Notes under the pieces: generated by a model
Seen by the model: the letters and a program-made list of their open reading frames with translations, nothing else
What the model was told of the DNA's origin: nothing
Databases searched by the model: none
Part shown: positions 12,063 through 23,873 of the stretch, one piece after another
Layout: every line of letters begins with the position of its first letter
Numbering within the stretch: the first letter of the stretch is position 1
Program-made: the position numbers and the translations under genes
NCBI GenBank assembly: GCA_052426225.1
Contig: JBNJNM010000011.1
Coordinates: 2,666,001-2,730,000, forward strand
Direction: 5' to 3'
DNA from: Zancudomyces culisetae HAW-14-8
Taxonomy: Eukaryota; Fungi; Kickxellomycota
DNA: 64,000 nt

Positions 12063-14214
12063 ATGTCCCACGAATCCGAAAAAACAGCAAACAATGAAAC
12101 CAAGGTGATGTGGAAACCTTCACCAGAGAGGATAGCAGCTTCGAAGTTCAATCAATTCAAGGAATTTGTCAACGAAAAATACCAGTACAATATAGGTATG
12201 TTTGTGTAGAGATACCCTATTGGTTTGTATATAACCAAATTCTGTATGTAAAATAGGAGATTACTGGCAAATGTACCAATGGTCGATCACCAAGATAGAA
12301 GAGTTTTGGGCAACTGTGTACGAATTTTCTAACATCATTACAAAATCGCAATATGAAGTGGTTTTGGAAAAGGACGTAAAAATGGAAGACGTTCCCCGGT
12401 GGTTTGTTGGTTCTACACTAAACTACTCAGAAAACATACTACAGAGGATGAGGCACTGTGAAAAGGTTGCTATATATGTGAGAGGTGAACAAGAACACCT
12501 CGATCTGAAATATAAAGACCTATACAGAATGGTTAAAAAAGTAAGCAGCACTTATAGAGAGATTGGAATCCAAAAAGGGGACCGAATAGCTGCTTTTGTA
12601 ACCAATGGCGTAGAAGCAGTGGTTGCGATGTTGGCAGCGGCTACTATCGGAGCAGTCTGGTCGAGCTGCTCGACGGACTTTGGCCTTGGTGCTGTTGTTG
12701 ATCGTATGTCACAGATACAACCCAAGTTGATGCTTTTTTCATGTACGTCGATATACAATGGCAAAAGATTTGATCACCGGGAAAAAATTGGCGAGATTCT
12801 CAGGGAAATCGGTAGTATCGAAACAGTTATAAGTATTTCTGAAAAGCTTACTGATGTCTCAGACAAAAGAGTACTGAACTGGAGCGATATAATCGATGGA
12901 TACGAGCAAGATGATGGAGATATATATTTTGAACCAGTGAGCTTTGACTGGCCTTTGGTGATTCTGTTTTCTTCAGGAACTACAGGTAAACCAAAATGTC
13001 TCGTTCATGCAACTGGGGGTGTACTTCTCCAGCATAAAAAAGAAATGGAACTTATATTGGACTTTAAGGATTCAGACATTCTATTTTACTATACAACAAC
13101 TGGATGGATGATGTGGAATTGGCTGGTCAGTGGATTGTTGGTAGGGATGAGTATAGTGGTATATGAAGGTACGCCACTAGGGCCTACGCCAAGTGTGTTG
13201 TGGGATTTAATTGAGAATCTAAATGTTTCGGTATTCGGAACCAGTGCTAAATATCTGCAATATTTGGAGGACGTGGATTACAAACCAAACACCACCCACC
13301 GCTTCGAGGCTCTTAAAACAATACTTTCTACCGCTTCGCCCCTGAAGCCAAATAGTTTTGAATTTGTATACGCAAACATCAAAACCGATCTTTTCCTTGG
13401 GAGTATCTCTGGTGGAACGGATATTGTCTCTTTGTTTGTGGCTGGCTGCTCAGTTCTTCCCGTTTATAAGGGTGAAATTACGTGTAGATGTCTCGGAATG
13501 GCTGTCGAATCCTGGGATGAATATGAAAAACCTGTTTTGGATGTTCCTGGAGATCTAGTTTGTACAAAGCCTTTCCCGGTAATGCCTGTCTATTTTTACA
13601 ATGATCCCGATAAAACCAAATACAAAGCATCTTATTTTTCTAAATTCCAAGGAGTGTGGTGCCAGGGCGACTTTGTAAGAATCAATAGCACAACGCAGGG
13701 GTTGTTTATGTTGGGTCGTTCCGATGGAACGCTCAACCCTAATGGTGTTAGGTTTGGTTCTTCTGAAATATATAATTGTGTAGAAGGTATCGGCGGGATC
13801 CAGGATTCTTTATGCGTGGGTCAACTCATTGATCAAAACGAAAGAGTAATTCTGTTTGTAAAGTTGAAGGTCGCGTCAAAGCCAGCATCCTTTTATGATC
13901 ACGAGCTTGACCCCTCACTTAAATCCCAGATAGTTTCTAAAATTCGTGCCACTCTATCACCAAGACACGTTCCGGCAAAGATCCTGTTGGTGGATTCCAT
14001 TCCCTACACAAACAACGGGAAAAAAATCGAAGTCGCTGTGAAAGGAATTTTGAATCAACTCTATGTAGCCGCTTCTAAATCTGGTAAGACAGACTCCAAA
14101 GAAAAGCTGGCGTATGCGTCGCAGAATGTTGTGATAGATCACAAGGTAATTGTCTCTGTCGCAGAAAAGGAGTCTATCACCCAGTTTTTGAAAATTCATC
14201 AACTGGTTGAGTGA
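12063..14214 (+). CDS. AACS: Acetoacetyl-CoA synthetase (2 exons)
   Basis: Exons 12063-12195 (MSHE...VMWKPS) and 12257-14214; intron 12196-12256. AMP-binding loop FSSGTTGKPKC and AACS motifs YYTTTGWMMWNWL, SISGGTDI, GRSDGTLNPNGVRFGSSEIY. Confidence 0.95.
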
Positions 14215-15990
14215 TATCCATTCTATAATTTACGCCGTCTCGCTTTCTGTTTTACAAATTTCTAGTTTTCTTTTTTTTTTTTTGCATATCACCCCATTAG
14301 CACGCATTTCAAGCTTGCACTTAAACATATTTTTGTTTTTATTATATTAAATTCAATCTGTGAAATATACATAAGGACATTTAAAACATGAACCAGGACA
14401 GAAAAATGTCATAATTGTTGATTAAGAAGGTTTAGTGGCAATTACTATCAGGCGAATCCCAGGTTAACACTCGTGATACGTGGTGGTGTGTATCATTATT
14501 AATGCGTTGCACCACGCGACTACTGTTGAGCATAAACGGCGGCTCTTTTTTTGTTAACTCGCTGTACGCGCCTATGCTTTATTGCTCTAGTTATGTTTTC
14601 TTGATAAGAAAACCATAGAAAAGACAGCCTTGGTGTGTAATTATCACATGTGCTTGTTCTAATTTAAACACTTGGTCCTACTGCTCTTCAAGAACACAGT
14701 GTACCTTGTTGTTTATGAAACAAGTTGTAAATGTATATTTAGGATTTTTATTAGCCTGATATTTATGTCTGTATTTAGACATTTTGATTAGATAGAAAGC
14801 TAGCTTCCAGCAAGTATCCATTTCCTCAATGTTCATTCTATCCTTATCAAAAAAGACCATCGCTGCTTAATCATAAATTACTCGTATACATTTTGAACCA
14901 TCAAACTAGCATTGATTACTAAATCCCCATTATCTTCTTGTCTTCTTCCCCTTTCCCCCATGTGGTCATCCCCCCTTCCCACCTATGTGTAGAACGTACA
15001 TTCAAACAGATGTATAAAAACTAAACTAAAGTTTAGTTTCAGATAGGATGGGTTGGGTTGGGTTGGAATATCAAACCAGGGGTAACTACGAAAATGCATC
15101 AATTTTCATATTTACACGTCTAGTCATCTACCGACTCCTATGAATCAATCCTTCTTGAAACTCGCGAACAGGAAAATGTCAAGTAGATGATATTTTTAGG
15201 TCAATGCTCAAACTCCATTTTGTGTGGGATGGAATTGGCGTGGGAAAAAACAATTGCATAAAACGAAAATTGTTTCTGTGTGTGTTTTTTAGTTACCGAC
15301 GATTTCATAATGAAAGTCAGAGGGGGGGGGGGACGAAAGGGCCGGGAAAAGTGAGCTTGAGGTGTTGTAGCAATTAGATGCGGGCTGGTTGTGATGCTTA
15401 TTGAGTTTGTTGGTCGATTTTTGATTTTATGCTTGTGTTACATATTTTTCCCGCATTTTATATCAGATTTTATTGATCGCGTGACCGAATGACTAAAAGC
15501 CCGCTATTACCAGCAAATCAGATACAAAAATTTCACATTATCTGTCCAGGGCTGATTGTATTTGTTGCATAGCAAGAACCGCAAAAAAATAAAATTATGG
15601 GGAAACATGACAAGGAGATAATGGGGCATTAGCAATCAAGACAAGTTTGATGGCTCAAAATGTTGCATGGGAGGTGGGTGGGAAAATGAAATAGTTTCTC
15701 AGTTTTACCAAGGCCCAATAGACTCGAGCTCTGAATATTCCATCTATACTCTTGTTTTTGTTTTTGTTATTTGAATTGGATCCCAAAAATTAAAAATGAC
15801 AAGTTTGTAAACTGCCAGCATAAAAGAAAATTAGCAAACAAATAAAAGCGGCGAGCATGAGTTTATAAATAGAACAAAGAGTCGCCAGAACATTAATCAA
15901 ATAAAGCAGTAAAGCGATAAGTATATCCAAAATAAACGCACGTCCAGCAAGTAAACAGTTAGTATAAAGCATACAGAACAAAGAGAAGCT

Positions 15991-17609
15991 ATGTACACTG
16001 AGGTTAATGGACTAGAATTCAAAAACGAGAGCAGAACGCTCTTCTTCTCTATAACAGATAAAGTTGGTGGGTTGGACGAGTGTCTTAAAGCACTCAAAGG
16101 GGCGAACATCTCACTTACTAGAATAGAGTCAAGACCGAGTAAAACCACAGCTCTTGGATACGACTTTTTTGTAGATTTGAGTGTGAAAAATAAAGACAGC
16201 GAAGCACCCGAAGACGGGGACGAAATGAAGATAAGGGAGGCGGTAGAAAACCTCAAAAAAATTAGCATAGTTGATCAAGTACATCTTGTTGGAAAGACAG
16301 TGGCAGGTGTAGAAGAAGAGATGCCATGGTTCCCAAGGAAAATGATTGATTTGGATACCTTTGCGGAAAAGGTGCTAGAGATGGGAGAAGAATTGTGTAA
16401 GAATTTATTTATTGCCTTTAGCGGTATTTTTTTGTTTGTATATTTATGTCTTGGTGCTATAAAAACATATTCTACGAGAAAAAAAATGAAGGGGGATGGA
16501 AGGGGAGAAATAGGAAGAGAAAGGAGAAGGAACGCAAATATAGCTCAGACCCCATGATTATATTTACTTGTAGCCTCTGACCATCCAGGTGCCAACGATC
16601 CGGTTTATAGAAAGAGACGTATGGAAATAACAGCGCTAGCAAAAAAATACAAGAGGTAGGCCGAATATTTTCATTAATTCATTATGCATCTGAAATATGT
16701 TGTTTATACTAAACATTTGTACATACTTGCAAAAATCTACTACTGAAATACAACAGTGGTATGAAACTGCCGCATATTGAATACACGCAGGTTGAAAAAG
16801 ATACCTGGAGGACAGTGTATACAGAGCTGAAAAGGCTGTACCAAACCCATGCCTGTAGTGAACACAGACACATATTTCCTTTGCTTGAAAAAAATTGTGG
16901 CTATGGGCCAGATAATATACCACAGATTGAAGACGTTTCAAACTTTCTCAAAGACTGTACTGGGTTTACACTTCGGCCTGTGATGGGGCTGCTATCCTCA
17001 AGAGATTTTTTGAATGCATTTGCATTCAGGGTATTCCACTCGACACAGTATATAAGACACCACTCAGACCCATTCTATACGCCTGAGCCAGACGTGTGCC
17101 ATGAACTTCTCGGGCATGCGCCACTTCTTGCTGATCCAGACTTTGCCGAATTTTGTCAGGAAATAGGGCTAGCATCCTTAGGTGCGAACGACGAGGAAAT
17201 AAAAAAGTTGGCAACAATATTCTGGTTTACCATAGAGTTTGGGTTGTGCAAAGAGGGGGGGAATGGTGAGATTAGAGCATATGGTGCAGGGCTACTATCA
17301 AGTGTGGGAGAGCTGCAGTATGCATTGAGTGAAAAGCCAAAGCTGCTTGAATTAGATCCAAAAATCACATCAATTACAGAATATCCGATCACAAGCTATC
17401 AACCGACTTACTTTGTAGCAAACAGCTTTAAAGAGGCAACAATGCAGGTGAGGAAGTTTGCGGAAACAATGAGCAGGAAGTTTGAAGTCAGCTACAATGC
17501 CTATACACAGACCGTGGAGGTTCTGGATTCAAAGGAAAAAATTATGCGGTTTGCAAATGAAATCAAGGCCAATGTCCAGGTCTTGACCAACGCGATTTCC
17601 AAAGTATAA
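15991..17609 (+). CDS. PAH: Phenylalanine-4-hydroxylase (biopterin-dependent, with ACT domain; 3 exons)
   Basis: Exons 15991-16396, 16574-16655 ([15 protein letters not shown]) and 16757-17609, all GT-AG and in phase. ACT motif LTRIESRPS; catalytic [31 protein letters not shown]. Confidence 0.95.
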
Positions 17610-17776
17610 AAGGAGATACCAACACATTATTTACGCTTATGAATAATCAAAATGCTTTATTTATTTCCCTTAAATTGTTTATGTGAGTACACAATAAGAA
17701 TTTTCTTTTAATAGAAATGGTGCGTATATAAACAGATAAAATGACCAAGAAAATAAAAATAATAATAATACAGTTT

Positions 17777-20587
17777 TTATTCTTGTTCCTGGCAGTTGAC
17801 GGGTAAGAAAACGGGGGAAAGGACAGAAAGCAAGGGGTTGTTCAAAGCACCATTGAATCCAGAGTTTTTGATTATCAGTTTTGAAACGTTATTTGAAGTG
17901 AAATCACCGATAGCTGTAAGGTTAAAGCGCTGAGAGATACAGATTCTTTCGACAAACACGTAGTTCCATAGGGAATAACGGACGGTTCCACGCACAGTTA
18001 AATCAAAAGAAGAGTTGTAAAGCGACTTCCATTTGTTCAGATCGGATTCTGGGTCTTTGTCCTTTTCGGGATCGCCAGTGGATCCAGGATTTCTTATTCG
18101 GATTTCGGATGAACGGTTGGTGAAATACGCACTGTCATTGTCATTATATTTATTATCAAATAGTGACGAAAAGAACCCGAGTGAGGTTGAGGGGAAAACT
18201 AGTGGTTCGTCAAAGTAATATAGATTTCCCAACAAGATAAAGCTGCTACCACCACCCCTGTTGTTGTCATCGTCTTTATCATATCTGCTCAAATGTTTTC
18301 CTTCTACAATCGCGTTGTTTTCATCCATAATATTGATATTCCCGCCATACCTATTGGTGTGTGAGCTGGCAGGGGCAGCAAAGATTCCCAGTTCAGATTT
18401 TGCAATGGTTACTTGACATAGATTAGGATTTTTTGCTTTAAATCCCAAGCTAAACAACAAATCCTTTTCAGTAGCCAACACATTCGAAATCAGAGTTGAT
18501 TCTAGTCCTATTATTGGCATACTTGTATACCGGAAGTACAGATAAACAAGTACGAAAAGAAGCAGCGTTACAGCTGCAAACTTAAATTGGTTGGAGTAGT
18601 GAGCAAAGGTAATGTATAGAATCGGAAGATTTCGCCGTCGTGTTTTTTGGTTTTTCCGGTGCCGAGGTTGCGATTGAAGCGCTGCTCCTCTAGACTTATC
18701 TTTGTTCTGGGAGTACTTTTTCTTTGCTGAAAAGAATATCCCTCTATTACCACCCCCGTTGTAGTCCTCGTTTTCTCCTCTCCTTGCTCTTGCTTCGTGC
18801 TCAGCCGCTTCGTTTTCGTATCCAAACTGTTGCCCTTCTACATCCTCTTCATTCACGCCTAGTATACTCTCTGTCTCTTCATCCTTCCCCATTCTTCCAC
18901 AGTAAAAACATAATAGGTTGTACGAATAGTAGTCTGAATAGTCATCTGAAACATATCCGTGATGGTATTTTCCGTTTCCATATCCGCCAATACTGGGATA
19001 TCTCCTCAATTCAGCAGGACCTGTACTAATGTGTTGGTATTGGCTATCTATCGGAGAGCTCTTGTATATGGAGTATTTTTTTGCCCCGCTGGTATGTAGC
19101 GGAAGTTTCGATCTAGGCAAATATTCATATCCATTCCAGCCGCTCGGTTGCTCATCATCTTCCCAATATCCATCGTTGTAATAATCATTTTCCTCGTTTA
19201 TCGAGTATTTATCACTCGCCAATCCTGTAGTTGAGCTGTTAAACAACTGCTCAACATTTGAATAGTAATTCGAGTTAAGACATTTAGCCCGCTGGCTCTG
19301 GTTTATTGATGTCGAGTTGAGCCTTCCTGTAAAGTTCAGTCGACCAGTAACCCCCGATGGCCCATTTATCGCCCCATAGCCCATCATATTTGATCTCGAA
19401 GCTCTTCGATACGTATTTCCGCTCCACCGTACACTCCCTACACTTTTACGCTTTGAATCTTCAAATGGTGAGACTGCTCGGCTACACGATGGCGAAAAGA
19501 CCCTTGTTGTATCTGTTGGCCAATTTCCTCCTGCAAATCCTGCTCTTGTATCACCTGTAGAATACCCCGTCTCTTTGCCTGTTGCTGTTCCTGCTCGTGA
19601 CTGGTCATCTCCAACTAAAATATCACGATTATTTCTCTTCTCCTCTATATAAATATATCCCTCATTTTCCGATGATGCGTATTCCCCCAAGCCGAAGCCT
19701 CTGGTATTGGTCAATCCATATCCCGCTATACTTTGCTGACCCCCTCGCGCAACATCTACTGTTTCTTTGCCTTTCTGAGTTGCAGTTCGCCCTATAGGCG
19801 ATGTTTCTAAACCTGTCCTTCGTGATCCATCTTCATTCTCATTAGGTACTTTATCGATATCATGTTCCTTTTTCTTTCCTTTCCCACCATCTCTTGTATC
19901 TTCAGCTATAGCTGTGATTCCTTCATTAATAGTGCTGCTACTTTTTTTCGCATCCTTCCCACCACTCTCTTGCCGTACATCTTTTTGACTGCTTCTGCGC
20001 CCCACATCTCCTGAAGTTGCCTTGTGTGCTACATCTACCGTATTTCCATCGCCCACAGCGTCACTACCTTGATTAATAACACTCTTTTCCCTTTCCTTTT
20101 CTTTTTGGTCCTCATTTTCGTTAACTTTTTCTCTATTTAGTTGTTCTTTCAGACCCGCTACATTATATCCAATATCAATATTTCTTGATACGCCCCCTTC
20201 TTGTCCAGCTGACGCTTCTCTTCTCCTATCCTCGGATCGATTCCTAGCATCTGGGTATATATTCCTTTCTTTTTCTCTGCCTGCGTATGCACCAATACTC
20301 TTTTCTCTAATCCTTGACTTCAATTGCTGTTCTTGCAGCGCTACCATTGCGCTCACATTTAATATATCCGGAAATACCTGATCAGGTTGGAAAAATGGCT
20401 GGCTCATAGTCATTTTCTTTGTTCCTGGTACTCCACCTACACCAGACCCACCCGCTGATGTTCCATCATTCAGCCCTATAGTTTTTCGATCATGTGAAAA
20501 CAACCCAGTTTGTTTGTCAAAACTTGAATCATCGAGCTCTGTCAACTTTGTCATGAGCGTTTTAGCTTGCTCCTGATTACTACTCAT
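17777..20587 (-). CDS. VAC7: Vacuolar segregation protein Vac7 (Fab1 PI(3,5)P2 kinase regulator)
   Basis: Long disordered N-terminus, one transmembrane helix (FAAVTLLLFVLVYLYF), then a Vac7-type luminal domain (ISNVLATEKDLLF..KAKNPN, LLGNLYYFDEPLVF, FDLTVRGTVRY). Confidence 0.8.
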   Translation of the reverse strand: MSSNQEQAKTLMTKLTELDDSSFDKQTGLFSHDRKTIGLNDGTSAGGSGVGGVPGTKKMTMSQPFFQPDQVFPDILNVSAMVALQEQQLKSRIREKSIGAYAGREKERNIYPDARNRSEDRRREASAGQEGGVSRNIDIGYNVAGLKEQLNREKVNENEDQKEKEREKSVINQGSDAVGDGNTVDVAHKATSGDVGRRSSQKDVRQESGGKDAKKSSSTINEGITAIAEDTRDGGKGKKKEHDIDKVPNENEDGSRRTGLETSPIGRTATQKGKETVDVARGGQQSIAGYGLTNTRGFGLGEYASSENEGYIYIEEKRNNRDILVGDDQSRAGTATGKETGYSTGDTRAGFAGGNWPTDTTRVFSPSCSRAVSPFEDSKRKSVGSVRWSGNTYRRASRSNMMGYGAINGPSGVTGRLNFTGRLNSTSINQSQRAKCLNSNYYSNVEQLFNSSTTGLASDKYSINEENDYYNDGYWEDDEQPSGWNGYEYLPRSKLPLHTSGAKKYSIYKSSPIDSQYQHISTGPAELRRYPSIGGYGNGKYHHGYVSDDYSDYYSYNLLCFYCGRMGKDEETESILGVNEEDVEGQQFGYENEAAEHEARARRGENEDYNGGGNRGIFFSAKKKYSQNKDKSRGAALQSQPRHRKNQKTRRRNLPILYITFAHYSNQFKFAAVTLLLFVLVYLYFRYTSMPIIGLESTLISNVLATEKDLLFSLGFKAKNPNLCQVTIAKSELGIFAAPASSHTNRYGGNINIMDENNAIVEGKHLSRYDKDDDNNRGGGSSFILLGNLYYFDEPLVFPSTSLGFFSSLFDNKYNDNDSAYFTNRSSEIRIRNPGSTGDPEKDKDPESDLNKWKSLYNSSFDLTVRGTVRYSLWNYVFVERICISQRFNLTAIGDFTSNNVSKLIIKNSGFNGALNNPLLSVLSPVFLPVNCQEQE

Positions 20588-21622
20588 CCTTGCCCTTTCC
20601 TTTTCCCTTTTTCGTTTTTTTTCTGTCTAAATCCTTTCCTGCTCGCTTTTTATGATAGTGTTAAAATGAAGGGAAAAAATAATAGAAGAAAGGAGAGGGT
20701 GGTAAATTCGCCTTCGCTGTAGAATTAGGCTTGGATAGGTTAATAATGTGCACTTTTCACTAAAGCAAAAACACTGTATTTTATCTATGCACTCTTTCGT
20801 TATCTTTTCCTCTTGTTCTCCCAGCTATTTTCTAAAATGTTTTCACTGGGAATATATTCTTATACCTCTCTGGCGTTATGAGCAGAATTACTCCGAATTG
20901 TAGCAAGATAATATGAAAAGTAAATAGATGCACTTGCGCTGTCCTTTTGTGAGGAAATATGTCGTATTTTAGATTTCCTAGTCTATTATCTTTATTCTCT
21001 GATACTCAGTTCATTTTCAAATCATTTAGAATTATTATACTGTTATTTTAACTCGCATTATACTTGCTTTCTACATATCCAATTTTAATTTGATTAAATT
21101 GGGAAATATGTATTGACCAAAATCTTTATAATTCTCAATGACCTTTTTTTTAATGCTAAAACTGAGTAAATGCCTTTATTTTCAACCTGCAGAATTACGT
21201 TTTTTTTTTTGTGGAGAATAACATTTGGGTTAAACCTTCGAAAAATGTACAACCAAACCCACTTTTTCGTTGTCCCAGTAAACTCCGATGAAAACGTCAC
21301 CTCTTCTGGTCTATTTTTTATATTACATGCTTTCTATTATATACTTTCTTTTCAGTATTGCATTTTCCTATTTTGGTATGTACCCAGAAAAAGCGAAAGA
21401 AAAGCAGTCTGTGTAACAAAACCATGTCTCTTCAATCATGAAATAGACAGAATCACCAACACAACCTTCAAGGCTAGTTGAAGTGGAATAAACTACTGAA
21501 ACAATGGGTATGAGAATATCTGTCTTGTAATTAGTAAGAATTATTAATTGTAAAGAAAAAAAATAGCTGGGATCAATTCCAAAGCAGCAAAGAAATGACT
21601 CTGAAATAAATAGAAAAAATAA

Positions 21623-22815
21623 CTATTTGAAGTCGGCTGGAAGACAGGTTTCGTATATTGCAAATGTCTTTTCAACGTCTTCAACGTCCTCCTTGCTGCC
21701 CAAAAATATGGGGCATCTAGCATGAACATCCTTGGGAACAAGATCCAACACACGCTTAAGCCCAGTGGTTGCTTTTCCACCAGCTTGCTCACATATGTAC
21801 GCCATGGGGAATCCCTCATACAGAATTCTGAGTTTTCCATCTTTAGATTTAGTATCTGAAGGGTATGCGAAAATACCACCATACAACAGGGTTCTGTGTA
21901 CATCAGCAACCATAGAACCAATATATCTTGCAACATATGGCTTGGTACCTGGGGTTTGAGGGTACTTGACGGAATCAATGTATTTCCTAGTTGCTTCGTC
22001 CCAGTAGAGAGAGTTACCCTCATTTGCGGAGTATATCTTGCCACGGCTTGGCATACGAATGCTAGGATGGGTCAAGATAAATTCACCCAATGAAGGATCC
22101 AGCGTAAATCCATCAACCTGTCCTTCGCCGATTGCAATTACCAAATTACATGATGAACCGTACATACAATATCCTGCAATTATGATGTCGCTTCCCGGAA
22201 CCTTGTAGTCATCTTCAGGTGTCTTTGAGTCCTTGTTGTGTTTAAAGATACCAAATATTGTTCCGACGTTCACTCCAGCATCGATGTTGCTGCTTCCATC
22301 AAGTGGGTCAAAGGTGACACAGTATTTTCCGTCGCCTTCACAGATAATTACATTGTCGATTTCCTCCGATACCATTGTTTTTACCTTACCGGAAGCCCTC
22401 AGTGCATTGATGAACATGTCGTTTGATAGCTCATCTAGCTTCTTTTGCTCTTCACCTTGTACGTTTACATTTCCTGCCAATCCAACACTATTTATATTTA
22501 GAACGAATTTAAAACTTATCCGATAGCCAGATATATTTCTAGTTTGAGCTTGCAAGTACCCGTACCAATTTTACACAAATAAACTATGTCCACAAATTCT
22601 GAAGAAGTAATAAAAATGCAAAGCATAAGGATGATGATAGAAACTTACAGGTTCACTAGGCTTGCCTTTCTAACACATGACTCTACAAACTTACATCCAA
22701 CCTGGATTGCCGACATCAAAATCGTCAAATCACCAGAAGCAGTAGGATGATGTTTCTGGGTTTCGAGGATGTATCTCGTAAGTGTTTTGATGTCTGTTGA
22801 AAAGTGTTCTGACAT
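21623..22815 (-). CDS. FBP1: Fructose-1,6-bisphosphatase class 1 (2 exons)
   Basis: Exons 22815-22649 and 22487-21623. Motifs NVQGEEQKKLD, FDPLDGSSNID, RYIGSMVADVHRTLLYGG, GKLRILYE. Confidence 0.97.
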
Positions 22816-23873
22816 TGCTTTAAGACTAGATCGGTTTTTCTCTGGGTTTTTTCTGAGGTGTTTTGACGGAATATACAATGAGTCCAAATATAGAGTTTAT
22901 ATCAGGTTTTTCTAAGCCAGAAAAAATCACAATTTTCAGCCAAAACAAGCCCTTTTTATTTGGGGATATCTGTCTGCTCATCTTTTTGTTCATTAATAAT
23001 TGTTAATTCCTTGCTTTTCCACATGCAAAGAATCTAATAGCTTTTATCGATAGTTTTACTTGGGACAATTGCTTTATACGGAAATGCTCATTCCTTTTTA
23101 TTGGTAAATATAAAATCACCAGATATTGTTTCAGGCTAAATTGAATTTTCCAAATACTATTGCAAATCTGCTTTGAAACGAGCACCAACTACATCGCTTA
23201 GTGCCTCTGATATGTTGAAAAGTTCGCATTTGATAAGGGTTTAAAAATACATGCCCAAAGCGCACAAATTCTGGTAAAATCAAGAAACCCCCAAAATATA
23301 ACTGTTCAACTAAAACTGGAATTTGAATTGATATGCAAAATTAGTTGATGTAGTAGTGTTTAGATGTATAGTACATGGAGAGGAAGAAGGAATTGATAGC
23401 TGGATATTAGAAACTGGCTGCACCTTTTAATCCTAGAGCACTTTTTATCTTTACTTAGAACGAGTGTACTTTTTTTGCATATCTTGTGTTAGCATAATAA
23501 CTGACTGGATTCAGTAGAGTTCAGTAGAGTAGTTCGATCAAATGCCCAAGCAGTATAGCTTCGTTATTTAGCGAACAGTACCTGGTAAAAAAAAAGAGTC
23601 AACCTGATTCAAGCGGGACTATGAATGGTAGGGCTGCCAGAAGAAAAAAAAAGAAAACATACAGTGGTGGTGTGTGTTGCCATGGTACACCCAATAGTAA
23701 TCATCAAGCATAATTTTGGGTAGCCTTCAGATTGTTTAAACATTTATTCGATGCTTGACATTTACATAACATATTAGACAAAGAAACAATATAAAAAACC
23801 ACAGAAATGATGCGTGTAAAAAAATAAGCGTCTTGATGAAACTACCTCCCCCCTTCCAAAAAAACGAAAGAGT

